Shown piece after piece: positions 1 to 12,413 of a DNA stretch of 63,814 nt. Within the stretch, counting starts at the first letter, position 1, and each line of letters opens with the position of its first letter. The translations under genes and the position numbers were made by a program. The notes under the pieces were generated by a model. The model saw nothing but the letters and a program-made list of their open reading frames with translations. It had not been told where the DNA came from and searched no databases. The DNA is from Thraustochytrium aureum (lineage: Eukaryota). The stretch lies in assembly GCA_012862495.1 (NCBI GenBank), contig BLSG01000302.1:97574-161387 (forward strand). The letters are read 5' to 3'.

Positions 1-36
1 AGGGTGGGTTGCAGGTGGGAGGTGCCAGAAGGCGGG

Positions 37-752
37 ATGGTTGATGTCGCGGTGGAGGCGGCGGGGCTGGTGAGCCCCGTCGACCCGAGAATCGCGTTCG
101 TGGTGATCGGCGCCGACCTGGAAACGGCCATGCAGCGCACGCTTCCGGCCCTCTTTCGCTTGTAAGTTGTGCTGAATGCTGCTTGCTGCCTCAGGAGAGC
201 AAGCAAGTGGCTGACGCGCTCCCCCTGCTGGGGCCCCAGGTTTTGCTCCAAGACACTGGCCAACATCCGCGTCGTCGGCGTTGTCGCGACCGCCATGACC
301 AACGACGAGTTCCGCGACAGGCTCGAAATCAATCTCGGCGCAGGCGACCAAGAGGCGTTCCTATCAAGGTGTGTCGTGGTGTGCGGGCATCACGCGGCGG
401 CAGAGACTGCCGAAAAGGTGCTCGAGACCCTGGCTGGATTCGAACGCGTCATCGTGTACTTCATCCCCCCGCTGACGCTGGGGCCCACAGACGCCGACGC
501 GATCAGCGCCGCCCTGCACGAGCAGTGCTCGCAGCCAGGCGGATGGCTGCGGTGCATCGTGGAAAAACCGCTTGGGCGCGACTCTGAATCCTCGCGCCTG
601 CTGAGCAAGGGAATCGCGAACGCGTTCCACGGCCAGCGCAACGTGTACCGGCTGGACCACTTTCTTGGCAAGGAGATGGTCCAGAACATCACGGCCATCC
701 GTTTCGCCAACCGCTTCTTGGAGCCCTCGTGGAACAACAACAACATCAACGC
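37..752 (+). CDS. G6PD: Glucose-6-phosphate dehydrogenase-like N-terminal region (exons 37-161, 240->752; runs into gap)
   Basis: ATG at 37 gives FVVIGADLETAMQRTLPALFRL. An in-phase GTAAGT...CAG intron (162-239) follows, then RCIVEKPLGRDSESS and YRLDHFLGKEMVQNITAIRFANRFLEPSWN, matching the G6PD EKPxG and RIDHYLGK signatures. Confidence 0.85.
162..239 (+). other. Spliceosomal intron (78 nt) in G6PD-like gene
   Basis: GTAAGT donor, GCTGAC branch site, CAG acceptor. Removal joins the exons in frame and removes a TAA. Confidence 0.8.
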
Positions 753-1235
753 NNNNNNNNNNNNNNNNNNNNNNNNNNNNNNNNNNNNNNNNNNNNNNNN
801 NNNNNNNNNNNNNNNNNNNNNNNNNNNNNNNNNNNNNNNNNNNNNNNNNNNNNNNNNNNNNNNNNNNNNNNNNNNNNNNNNNNNNNNNNNNNNNNNNNNN
901 NNNNNNNNNNNNNNNNNNNNNNNNNNNNNNNNNNNNNNNNNNNNNNNNNNNNNNNNNNNNNNNNNNNNNNNNNNNNNNNNNNNNNNNNNNNNNNNNNNNN
1001 NNNNNNNNNNNNNNNNNNNNNNNNNNNNNNNNNNNNNNNNNNNNNNNNNNNNNNNNNNNNNNNNNNNNNNNNNNNNNNNNNNNNNNNNNNNNNNNNNNNN
1101 NNNNNNNNNNNNNNNNNNNNNNNNNNNNNNNNNNNNNNNNNNNNNNNNNNNNNNNNNNNNNNNNNNNNNNNNNNNNNNNNNNNNNNNNNNNNNNNNNNNN
1201 NNNNNNNNNNNNNNNNNNNNNNNNNNNNNNNNNNN

Positions 1236-2352
1236 GAACGAGCCGGTTCATCTTCGACGGGAGGGGCGGCGTGTACCTCAGCGACGAGCGCAAATACACT
1301 GTGCCGGACGACAAGATGACTGGCACGGCAGAGGAGCTCTTCGACTTTTTGGCAGAATGCGTGGCCTCGCTCTGCATACGAGGAGGACGAGGGAAACCGC
1401 ACCTATGGGTTTACCTTTTCATTTCCTGTCGAGCAAGTCGCGCTCGACTCGGGCACGCTGATCAAGTGGACCAAGGGGTTCACCACGTCGGGCGTCGTCA
1501 ACGAGGACGTCGTGGCCTTGCTCAGCGCCGCGCTCCGCCGCCGCAACTTTTCGGGCAAGGTCGTTTCGCTCGCCAACGACACCGTGGGCACGCTCATCTC
1601 CAGCGCGTACAGCGACCCGCAGACCATGATCGGCGTCATCCTGGGCACCGGGACGAACGCGGCCTACCGTGAGCGCGTCGAGAACATCATCAAGCTGCCA
1701 CAGCATGTCCGCGACAAGGGCGGGGAGATGGTCATCAACACCGAGTGGGGCAACTTTGGCTCGGGCGATAACCAGCTTCCCTCGAACGAGATCGACCTGG
1801 CCATCGACCGCGGCTCGCGCAACCAGGGCGAGCAGATCTTCGAAAAGATGATCTCTGGGATGTACCTCGGCGAGATCGTGCGGGTCTGCCTCGAGCGCCT
1901 CCACGATGCGGGCGAGATTTGGGCCTCGGAGCGCACCGTGGTCCCTCAAGCCTTGAGCGAGCCGGGCGCTTTTGCCAGCCACTACCTCAGCGACGTCGAG
2001 TACGACATGACTGACAACTTGGCCATCGTCTCGCGCGTCGAAAACATGTTTGGCGTCTTTGAGTCGACGATCCAGGACCGCGTCAAGCTGAAGGAGATTT
2101 GTGGGATGGTCGTGCAGCGCGCTGCCAAGCTCACAGCCTGCGCCATTGCGGCGACGATCCGCCACATTGGGCCAGAGCGTGGGAATGGCTGCACCGTCGG
2201 GATCGACGGCTCCGTGTATCAGCACCACCCGAGTTTTCGCCAGCGCCTCTCGCACGCGCTTGGGGAGCTTGCCTGCCAGTGCAACATCGTCCTCGCCAAG
2301 GACGGCAGCGGCAAGGGATCGGCGCTCATTGCTTGTGGCGCCCTCGCCTCGT
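1236..2352 (+). CDS. HK: Hexokinase (partial; probable 1-nt indel near 1385)
   Basis: GTAEELFDFLAECV, MGFTFSFP, LIKWTKGF, LANDTVGTL, IGVILGTGTNAAY, MVINTEWGNFG, FEKMISGMYLGEIVR, VGIDGSVY and DGSGKGSALIA are canonical hexokinase motifs. Confidence 0.95.
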
Positions 2353-2857
2353 NNNNNNNNNNNNNNNNNNNNNNNNNNNNNNNNNNNNNNNNNNNNNNNN
2401 NNNNNNNNNNNNNNNNNNNNNNNNNNNNNNNNNNNNNNNNNNNNNNNNNNNNNNNNNNNNNNNNNNNNNNNNNNNNNNNNNNNNNNNNNNNNNNNNNNNN
2501 NNNNNNNNNNNNNNNNNNNNNNNNNNNNNNNNNNNNNNNNNNNNNNNNNNNNNNNNNNNNNNNNNNNNNNNNNNNNNNNNNNNNNNNNNNNNNNNNNNNN
2601 NNNNNNNNNNNNNNNNNNNNNNNNNNNNNNNNNNNNNNNNNNNNNNNNNNNNNNNNNNNNNNNNNNNNNNNNNNNNNNNNNNNNNNNNNNNNNNNNNNNN
2701 NNNNNNNNNNNNNNNNNNNNNNNNNNNNNNNNNNNNNNNNNNNNNNNNNNNNNNNNNNNNNNNNNNNNNNNNNNNNNNNNNNNNNNNNNNNNNNNNNNNN
2801 NNNNNNNNNNNNNNNNNNNNNAGTTGGGGTTTGAATTTTGGGATTGCGGTGGGCGAC

Positions 2858-2891
<34 letters not shown>

Positions 2892-2903
2892 AAGCCAGCC
2901 AGC
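2858..2903 (+). repeat. (GCCA)n microsatellite upstream of UBA2
   Basis: Tandem GCCA units with one interruption, seen directly. Confidence 0.95.
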
Positions 2904-3006
2904 CCCCCAGGCAGCAGCAGGCAGCCAAGCTAGGCCAGGCCAAACAACGCAAGCGGGACTGGTCGGCTGGCTTGTGCGCGAGAGAGAGCAGAGTCTGGAA
3001 AAAATC

Positions 3007-5077
3007 ATGTCGAGGTACGACCACCTCGAGCGCGCTCTCGGAGCGGAGCTGCTCGCCAAAGTGCACGAAAGTCGCGTGCTGGTCGTCGGCGCAGGCGGAA
3101 TCGGATGCGAACTGCTGAAGAATCTCGTCCTCGCCGGCTTTCGAGACATTGAGGTGATAGACCTCGACACAATCGACGTCAGCAACCTGAACCGGCAGTT
3201 TCTCTTCCGCAGCCGCCATGTGGGCATGCCGAAGAGCACTGTGGCCAGGCAGGCCGCTCTCGAGTTCAACCCCGACGCCAAGATCAAAGCGCACCACGGC
3301 AACGTAAAAGCCGACGAGTTTGGGCTCAAGTTTTTCAAGTCGTTCGACCTAGTCCTGAACGCGCTCGACAACGTCAACGCAAGGCAGCACGTCAACAGGC
3401 TGTGCCTCTCTGCCGAGCTGCCGCTGATTGACTCTGGCACAACCGGCTACCTGGGCCAGACGATGGTGATCAAAAAGGGGAGACCATGTGCTACGATTGC
3501 GACCCAAAGTCGGACAACAAAAAGTCCTTCCCAATCTGCACGATCCGCAACACCCCCGACAAGCCCGTCCACTGCATCGTGTGGGCCAAGGAGCTCTTCA
3601 AGCTCATGTTTGGCCGCTCGGACGAGTCGATGCTCAGTGGCACCGACGAGAGCGACGCGCCTCCGCCCGCCGCAGACTCTGCTGCCGCTGGGGAGGGACC
3701 TGACAGCGACGGGAACGATGCAGAGCGCAAGAATGCCGAGCTCAAGGAAAAGGAAATGGAGGTGCGGTCGTTGATCATGAGCGCCGTCAAGCGCCCGGAG
3801 GGCGACGACTGCGACGACCTGGACAAGCTTCGCGCTTATGCACGCGGCGTGTTCGAGGCCGTGTTCGACAACGAGATCAAGCTCAAGCTCAAGCTGCGCG
3901 ACGGATACAAGGGGGCCAAGAAGAAGCCGTCTCCGCTTTCTTTCGAGACGGCGCAAAGCCAGGCCGAGACGGAGACGGAGACGGGGGGCGCCGACACGGG
4001 CGCTGCTTCCGCAAGCGCACCGTCTCGGAAAACGCACGCGCTGCGCGATCAGCGGGTGCTCTCCTTGAAAGAGTGCGCCGACCTGTTCGTGGACACGGTG
4101 CTACGCATGTGGGCCCCAGAACGGCGCAGCACCATCGGGGACGCCGTGTTCGACAAGGACGATGAGGTCTCGCTCGACTTCGTCACGGCTGCTTCCAACC
4201 TCCGCTCGCACGTGTTTAACATCGAGCGAAAGTCAAAGTTTGACGTCAAAGGGATCGCCGGCAACATCATCCACGCCATCGCGACTACGAATGCGATCGT
4301 GGCCGGCATTCAGGTGATCGAGGCCATCAAGGTCCCTTCGAGGGTCAAGGGCGCCCCACTCTTTTCCGCGTCGCTGCCTGGGGCGCCTGCTGGCTCGGAG
4401 CCGGAGGCTTCCGTCACGCGCGACTGTCGCGCGGTTTGGGTGGTCCGCGAGCCGATCGGCGTGGGGTTTCTGCTGCAGACGTCGGCCCTCGGCAAGCCCA
4501 ACCCAAAGTGCTATTCGTGCGGGAGCGCCACACTCAACTTGTTCATCGACACGACCAAAGCGACGCTTGGCATGGTTGTCGAGAAGGTCCTCAGGGGCAG
4601 GCTCGGCGTCAATGCGCCCACCGTCATGTACGACTCGAACGAGGTTTACCTGGAGGGGGACGGGCTTGAAGAGGAAGAGGTCGAGTTTTTCCGCTGTAAC
4701 CTGCCTAAAGTTTTGGTCGACTGCCCGGCAGGTGGCATCAAGGACGGAGCCATCCTGGACATTGAGGATTATTCGCAAGACATGGCGTTCAAGGTGATCA
4801 TCCAGCACAAGGACAACGACGTGTTCGAGGAGGAGGGCAATGCTGACCTCTTTGCTGTCACTGGCGACGCGCCGGTATCCAAGGCAGAAGAGCCAAAGCA
4901 GGGCGCCGAAGACGATGCGCCGGCGCCAGGTAGCGACGACGTGGAGCTGGTGCACGCAGAGCAAGTGGGCCTCACCGGTGCCGGTAAGAAGCGTGCGCGG
5001 GAGGGTGTGGACGGCGCGTCGTCCGCCAAGAAGGCCCGAGCCGAGGCGCCCCTGGATGATGGGGTCATCGCGCTGGA
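3007..5077 (+). CDS. UBA2: SUMO-activating enzyme E1 subunit 2 (UBA2/SAE2); 1-nt deletion at G-run ~3477-3480; 3' end at gap
   Basis: [53 protein letters not shown], catalytic [40 protein letters not shown]. Confidence 0.95.
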
Positions 5078-5639
5078 NNNNNNNNNNNNNNNNNNNNNNN
5101 NNNNNNNNNNNNNNNNNNNNNNNNNNNNNNNNNNNNNNNNNNNNNNNNNNNNNNNNNNNNNNNNNNNNNNNNNNNNNNNNNNNNNNNNNNNNNNNNNNNN
5201 NNNNNNNNNNNNNNNNNNNNNNNNNNNNNNNNNNNNNNNNNNNNNNNNNNNNNNNNNNNNNNNNNNNNNNNNNNNNNNNNNNNNNNNNNNNNNNNNNNNN
5301 NNNNNNNNNNNNNNNNNNNNNNNNNNNNNNNNNNNNNNNNNNNNNNNNNNNNNNNNNNNNNNNNNNNNNNNNNNNNNNNNNNNNNNNNNNNNNNNNNNNN
5401 NNNNNNNNNNNNNNNNNNNNNNNNNNNNNNNNNNNNNNNNNNNNNNNNNNNNNNNNNNNNNNNNNNNNNNNNNNNNNNNNNNNNNNNNNNNNNNNNNNNN
5501 NNNNNNNNNNNNNNNNNNNNNNNNNNNNNNNNNNNNNNNNNNNNNNNNNNNNNNTACCAACACCGGACGAGCTCGTACACATCATCGGCCACTTGCCAGC
5601 CAGCAGACCCGCATCGCGCTTGCACGGGCAGGACGCGCA

Positions 5640-5640
<1 letters not shown>

Positions 5641-5674
<34 letters not shown>
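5641..5674 (+). repeat. (GCGT)n microsatellite
   Basis: Tandem GCGT about 110 bp upstream of ATG 5783. Confidence 0.95.
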
Positions 5675-5675
<1 letters not shown>

Positions 5676-5782
5676 GGTGGGCTTTCGCGCAGGAAGCGAC
5701 GCGCTGGCACGGCTCGCTGCGCCCGGCGGATTGCCGCGTTCGGCCGCGAGGACGGTTTGCGGGGACGTAACAGCTCCTCGCG

Positions 5783-8289
5783 ATGGGCTGCACGGCCTCC
5801 TCGCAGACCGCGACGGACGCGGACAGCGAGGACCTGAGCCAGATGGAAGCGCTCGGGAGACGCAGGAGGAGGAAGGCGGCCAGGAAGGACGCGGCCCTGC
5901 GGGGGAACTGCGAAAGCGCGGCGGCAGAAGCGGGCCAGACGCGGACTGTGGACGCCGCGCCTGCGAGGCTGGCCGTGAAAAGCCCGCCCGTGAAGAAAAG
6001 GGACGAGGAACTCGTCAAGGGCTCGTTCAGGATGCCACGCATGTTTAACGTGAGGAGAGCGCGCACAAGCGAGCCGCAGTCTCTGCAGAGGTCGCGCAGA
6101 CGGCTGAGCACCTCGAGCGACACGGGGGCCATTCCGCAGCGAGCGAGCGCCGCTCGCCCCAAACGGCAGCTGACGACCTCCTGCTCCGCCGCCCTCCGAC
6201 TCCGCAAAGAGTGGCTTGACGAAGAAGGCCGGGTGAACATGAACCGAACCGTGTCTGACACGGCCATGTTCCGCGCACAGCTGACCGGCATGATGGGCGA
6301 CTTGGTCGGCGACCAACTCGGACGGAACCAAATCCGCGAGCTGTTCTCGCGCGCCATGGGCAACATCGACGACATGCTCTTCGACAAGATCTTCGCCCTG
6401 TTCGACGTCGACGACGACGGGCTCGTACACCGAGACGACTTTCTTGTTGCCATGACGTTCCTCACGCAAAAGGGGTCGGCCACCGACAACGTCGAGCTCG
6501 CGTTCCGCCTCTTTGACGTTGACGCGAACGGGCGCATCTCGCAGACAGAGTTCAACACGATGGTCTACTCGATCGTGGGCAACCGGCTCAAGTACGCGTT
6601 GCAGACCGAGCACGGCCGTCAGGCCTTCAAGGACCACATGAAGCGCGAGTGGAGCGCCGAATCGGTCGAGTTTTGGGAGGCCGTGTCCACGCTGTGCGAG
6701 CTGTACGGCGACCAGGCGGCGTGCCAAGACCTGTACAAAACGCAGCTGCCGCGAAAAGGCGACGGCAAACCCGACACGCGGGCCGCGGCGGCCACCGAGC
6801 AAGCCGCGCCTGGCATCCCCATCTCAGTGGCTCAGACCGTCTTTGAGCAGTACATCGCCGCGGAAGCTCCCGACCAGATCAACATCGGCTCAAGCACTCA
6901 CGAGAGTATCGTTGACGCGATCACGCGAGCGCGCAATCAAGGGGAAGAAACGGTGCCGATCGACTCATTCAAGCGCGCTGCTCAGGAGATTATGCAGCTC
7001 ATGGAGCAGGACAACTTCGAGCGCTTTCGAGAGCGTCTAGCGAAGGAGGCCGTTGACCTCAGCGGAGAAAACTTCGAGCGCAACTACGCGCAGGAAGCTT
7101 GGGCACGCTTTGAGATGGGGCCGACGAGGCCATGCCCCTCGAGACCTTTCGGCGCTGGGCTTCCGAGAACCAAGGGTACTTTGCGTTCCTGGAGGAGTTG
7201 CAAACTTCCTTCTCGGCACTTCTCTGCCCCCCAGACGAACTAGAAGGGGCGGAGAGCGGCGGCGGCGGCGGCGGCGGCGAATTTCACGGCGTGGCTGCTT
7301 CGGACGCCCAGCTGGCTCAGAGCAGCGGCCCGACCGCGCTGGCGCATGCAACGAAAGAATCGGGATCGAGTCGGGGCGGGCTCTTGAGAGAGAGTTCCAG
7401 AAAGGGATCGCTTACCAAGCTGCTGCAGAGCGTCCGACAGCTTCGGCACCAGGCCAGCAGCGGCAATGGCCTTGACCCCCATAGTCCTGGGCTAAACTCC
7501 ATCGGGGAAGGCGCGCCTGCCGCAGGAATCGCACCCGAGGCCTGCAGCACGTCAATGAATGAAACGCAATCAACTGCCTCGCAGGCTCTGCCGTCGCCCA
7601 TTGACGCAGACGGTGACATGGCGGGGCCATCAACGCTGGACTCGCCGCTCAGCTCGCCGGTCCCGCCCATGCCTCGAAGGCTGTATCATCGTGCGATGAC
7701 CTCGATGGTCTCAATGTCTTTTGAGCAGGATGCTTGTGGAAACCAAGTGCGCGTGATCACGCTCGGGCTCGGCGCGCAGCCAAGCATGGTCTCGTCACCG
7801 AGTTGCATCCCGGCACCGACGGGGGCGCAATCCGCCTCGTCTTCGTGCCCCTCCTCGCCCCCGCGCCGTGGATCTGGCCGCCCTTTGAAGCTTCCGTTTC
7901 GTCGTGCGCAGAGCGACCTCAGCGACTCCGGCTTGGCCACAGGTCCGCCCACCGCGGCCGAGTCTTGCAATTCCGAAGCGGGCACCAACACCAAGTCTGG
8001 CGATGATGCTTCCCTTCAGCTAGCGTCGGGTGCAGTCGAGCTTGACAACGTCGACGTGTCCAACAACAGCGAGGATGGCGATGACATGACGGCGAGCGGG
8101 CCGGACACCGAGCTTGACGACGGCGACCTGACGTCAGTGGCATCCATCGATCGCGACGAGGTGACAAGCCCCGTTTATCGGCATGTTCGCCAAGTTTCCA
8201 GGCCGGACGACGAAGCATACTTGCGGCACAACAGCCGCACGAGCGTCACGGTGCTGCGGTTCAAACAGTCGCACCTGACATTTTGCTAG
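5783..8289 (+). CDS. Putative N-myristoylated EF-hand (NCS/CBL-like) protein with inserted RGS domain; indel near 7120
   Basis: MGCTASS N-terminus. EF loops DVDDDGLVHRDDF and DVDANGRISQTEF. RGS motifs GRQAFKDHMKREWSAESVEFWEAV, FEQYIAAEAPDQINI and FKRAAQEIMQLMEQDNFERF. Continues in ORF 7132-8289 with a disordered tail. Confidence 0.8.
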
Positions 8290-8721
8290 GTAAAGCGAGC
8301 CGAGGCGGCGGCGGCCCAGTAAGGAAATAGTACTCTAAATAATTGATCCGGATCCTCACACGAGTCAGGCCCGCTGACAGCACGGGCGGCCATTGCATGC
8401 CGTTCACAACGCACGGCTACCCGACGCCCATCTTCCTGCGCGCCGCCGCCGCCGCCCGAAGGACCATGCGGGCGCATCCAGCTACGCAGGGCGCGGCGCA
8501 ATGAGGTAGCGGCTGGCGCGGCACTCCCGTGCATGCGACAAGCTCCGCGGTACGCTGCTAGTGCTCCAAATCGAGGCGCCGCTATTCCAGTNNNNNNNNN
8601 NNNNNNNNNNNNNNNNNNNNNNNNNNNNNNNNNNNNNNNNNNNNNNNNNNNNNNNNNNNNNNNNNNNNNNNNNNNNNNNNNNNNNNNNNNNNNNNNNNNN
8701 NNNNNNNNNNNNNNNNNNNNN

Positions 8722-10226
8722 CTATTCCAGTGTCTTGGCGACGCTGCATATCGCGCGGCCGATCTCGTGGACGTGGTCAGGCTCGAGCGCTGGGCTGTTG
8801 AACGGCGGCATCGTGTACAGGAGCTTGCCAAATGGCCTGAGCCACACGCCTTGGTCGACAAAGCTCTTCTGCACGGCCGCCATGTCTTTGACAGGCGAGC
8901 GAAGCTCGACCACCCCGATCGCGCCAAGCACGCGGACCTCACGGACCGCCGGAAGTGAAGCTATCGGGCTCAGTGCGTCGACCAGCGCCTCACGACAACG
9001 CCCCACGTTGGCCTTCCACGGCGACGACAAGAGGAGGTCGAGCGAAGCAAGCGCAACAGCGCTGGACAGAGCGTTGCCCATGAACGTCGGGCCATGCATA
9101 AAAACCCCGCCACTCGGCCCGCCTGAGATGCCCTGGGCCACTCGGTCATGCGCAACTGTGGCGCCCATTGTCACGTAGCCTCCAGTGAGGGCCTTGCCGA
9201 GACACATGATGTCGGGGATGGTTTGGTCCTTGCCAAAGTCTGCGCTGGCGCCCATCTCACCGACCTGAGTGTGGCTGCTCGAGTACCAGGGTCGGTAAGT
9301 CTCGGAGTTTTGCTCGCATGCAAAGAGCGTGCCTGTGCGCCCAAACCCCGTCGCGATCTCGTCAAAGATAAGCAAGATTTCGTGCTCGTCGCAGAGCTCC
9401 CGAAGCTTGCGGAGGAGCACCGGGGACATGAACCGCATGCCTCCGCCCCTTGCACGATGGGCTCGAGGATCACGGCCGCGAGCCCCTCGCCGTGGGTCTT
9501 GATCGCCTCCTCCAAGCGAACTATTGCTTGCATGGCCGCGTGGTCGCCCGGCCCGCTCGGCCCGTCGACAAACTCTTGGCGAACCAGCGAGCTCTGAAAC
9601 ATGGCGTGCATCCCGTTGACGGGGTCGCAGACCGACATGGCGCCAATCGTGTCGCCGTGGTACCCGTTGCGGATTGTAAGGAAGCGCGACTTTTCGGGGC
9701 GTCCCAGAGTGAACCAGTACTGGACAGCCATCTTCATAGCCACCTCGACCGAGACCGAGCCCGAGTCGCACAGAAAGACCTTGTTCAGCCCCTCCGGTGT
9801 CAGGTCGGCGATGCGCTTGCACAGCCTGGCCGCGGGCTCGTGCGTGAGGCCGCCAAACATGACGTGCGACATCCTGTCCACCTGCTGCTTGATGGCAGCG
9901 TCGAGAACGGGGTGGCGGTACCCGTGTACGGCCGCCCACCATGACGACATGCCATCCACGAGCTTCCTGCCATCCTCCAGCTCGATGTGCACGCCTTCGG
10001 CTCCGCGCACAGGGTACGTCGGCAGCGGGTTGGTCATGGATGTGTACGGGTGGATCGCGTGCTCGCGGTCCCACTCCAAGTACTCGCACCTTTGCTCATC
10101 GCCGCGCGGCGCCGTCGATAGCGCGCGCGGCGCCCCTCGCGGGCCGGTGCCCGCCAGCGCCCTTCGCGCGAGGACTCGTACTGTCCGTGGCGAGATGGTC
10201 CTTTTCGGGTCCATCGACCTCCACAT
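8722..10226 (-). CDS. bioA: Adenosylmethionine-8-amino-7-oxononanoate (DAPA) aminotransferase, stand-alone; indel near 9445
   Basis: [118 protein letters not shown]. Arg-rich N-terminal extension. Confidence 0.93.
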
Positions 10227-10660
10227 TTCGCGCGCCCACCCCGCAACTCTCCTGCGCGCAGGGCCGCCACCCCTGCTCTGCCCCTCAGTCTTCCCCGCCC
10301 GCAGCCGCGATCGGCCCAGCTCTCGCGCGGTGCCTTGCGCGCGTGAGCTCGATCGAGGCTCTGGGGCCCGCCATTCGGTCCGTCCATCCGGCGTCGACGG
10401 CACAGCCTCCGCAGTCGCGCAACGCNNNNNNNNNNNNNNNNNNNNNNNNNNNNNNNNNNNNNNNNNNNNNNNNNNNNNNNNNNNNNNNNNNNNNNNNNNN
10501 NNNNNNNNNNNNNNNNNNNNNNNNNNNNNNNNNNNNNNNNNNNNNNNNNNNNNNNNNNNNNNNNNNNNNNNNNNNNNNNNNNNNNNNNNNNNNNNNNNNN
10601 NATCCGTTGATCCGCGGACCTCGCACCCTCGTCGCCCCGGCCGGCCGCGGCGCGATCGCG

Positions 10661-12236
10661 ATGGTGCTGGTGGCCGTCGAGGGCTGCGCGCATGGCGAGC
10701 TTGACAAGATTTACGCGAGGGTGCGGCAGGAGCAGGCGGGCGGAAACAAGGTGAGTTGGTGCGGCACGCTCGCTGCGGCGCATCGAAACCCGCCTGACGA
10801 TCGCTCGCTCGATGCCTGCGCAGGTGGACCTGCTTTTGATCTGCGGCGACTTTGAAGCGGTGCGCAATCAGGGCGACCTGGCTTGCATGGCTGTGCCAGC
10901 AAAGTACAAGCAGATGGGCGAGTTTTGGCAGTACTACTGCGGTGCGAAGCGCGCGCCGGTCCTGACGGTGTTCGTGGGCGGGAACCACGAGGCCTCAAAC
11001 TACATGCAGGAGCTGTTTTACGGCGGGTGGGTCGCGCCCATGATCTACTACTTGGGCTGCGCCGGCGTCGTGAGGTTTGGGGGGCTTCGCATCGCTGGGC
11101 TCTCGGGCATTTACAACGAGCCGCGCTACATCCGCAACGAGCCGCGCCACGAGGCGCCACCCTACGGCAACTCCGGGATGCGCAGCGTGTACCACATCCG
11201 GCCCACGCAGCTCGTGCAGCTCTCGCTGCTCACTGGGACAGTCGACGTCTTCCTCTCACACGACTGGCCTCGCGGAATTGCGCACCACGGTGATACCAAC
11301 AAGCTGTTGAGCAAAAAGTCATTCCTGCGAAAAGAGGTGCACGAGAACACCCTCGGTAGCCCTCCTGGCGAGGCGCTCCTCCAGCTCCTGCGGCCGCGGC
11401 ACTGGTTTGCCGGCCACATGCACGTGCGGTTTGAAGCGACTGTGCTCCACGCAGAGGATGGACATTGTTCGGCATTCCGGAGCGAGAGCGAGAGCGCGGG
11501 CGAGACGAGCCAGTCGCGCCAGGAAGCGGCCGCCGGGCCGCCGCCAGCGACAAAGTTTCTCGCGCTGGACAAGTGCCTGCCTGGCCGCGCTTTCATCGAG
11601 TTCGTCCAGATCGAGCCCGAACATGGGGCTCAACAAGACGGAGAGCCCCAGCTCGAGTACGACGCAGAATGGCTTGCCATTATCATGGCCACAAACAAGT
11701 ACCTTGCGATGCGCCCCTCAGAGGTGCCAAATCCAGCCTCGCTACGCCCGGTCGTTGACGATTGCATGGCCAAAGTCAACGAACTTCGCGCGTCCAGTCC
11801 TGCCGGCCTGCGCATTTCGCCCGAGTGGTTCGCCGAGACTGCGCCGGTGTACGAGCCGCCTCCGCCTGGCAAGCGGCCGCGCTTCAGCGCCGAAATGCCG
11901 CAGCAACGGGGCAACCCGCAGACAGACGCTTTGCTTGCCAAGCTTGGCCTCGACCACGTCGAGCCGATCACGATTTCCTGTGAGAGCGCAGCGCGGCAAG
12001 TCCGGCCCCAGCCGCGGCCGAGGCAGCAGCGTGGTGGCCCCAGTCGAGGGCAGCGGTACTTTGGTGGAGACGCGCGTTTTGAAGTGCCGCCGCCGACCCA
12101 CACCCCGAGCCCGCTGAGCTTTGTCGGGACGAGCGGCTCTTTCGGCGCGCCGGTTCCCTCGTTGGTGCCCGCCCCGGCGCCTGGACCGCAGCTGGTGCCT
12201 GCCCCTGACGAGAATGAAATTGACATTGACGCGTGA
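10661..12236 (+). CDS. DBR1: RNA lariat debranching enzyme (exons 10661-10750, 10824-12236)
   Basis: VAVEGCAHGELDKIY, LLICGDFEAVRN, FVGGNHEASNY, LSHDWPRGI, WFAGHMHV, TKFLALDKCLP, LEYDAEWLAI. In-frame 73-nt GTGAGT...CAG intron. Confidence 0.95.
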
Positions 12237-12321
12237 CGGTGCAGCGCCCGCCAGCGCGCGCGCTGTGTCCAACTTGTTTGCCATGAATTAGAAAATACGC
12301 TTGCGTTGGCGAACCTCTACT

Positions 12322-12343
12322 GAGCTCTCTAGCTAGAGAGCTC
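12322..12343. other. Perfect 22-bp palindrome GAGCTCTCTAGCTAGAGAGCTC between convergent genes
   Basis: Self-complementary sequence read directly; the core recurs at 38850 and 44413. Confidence 0.85.
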
Positions 12344-12413
12344 TTGCTCAAGCCCTGCTCTTCGTTGAGAAAAAGTGTGCCGACAGTGTACCCGTGTTCT
12401 CCACTACCAAGCA

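Noticed and set aside
8582..8731. CTATTCCAGT repeated on both sides of the gap at the bioA 3' end
   Set aside because: Most likely a scaffolding overlap, not an insertion element.
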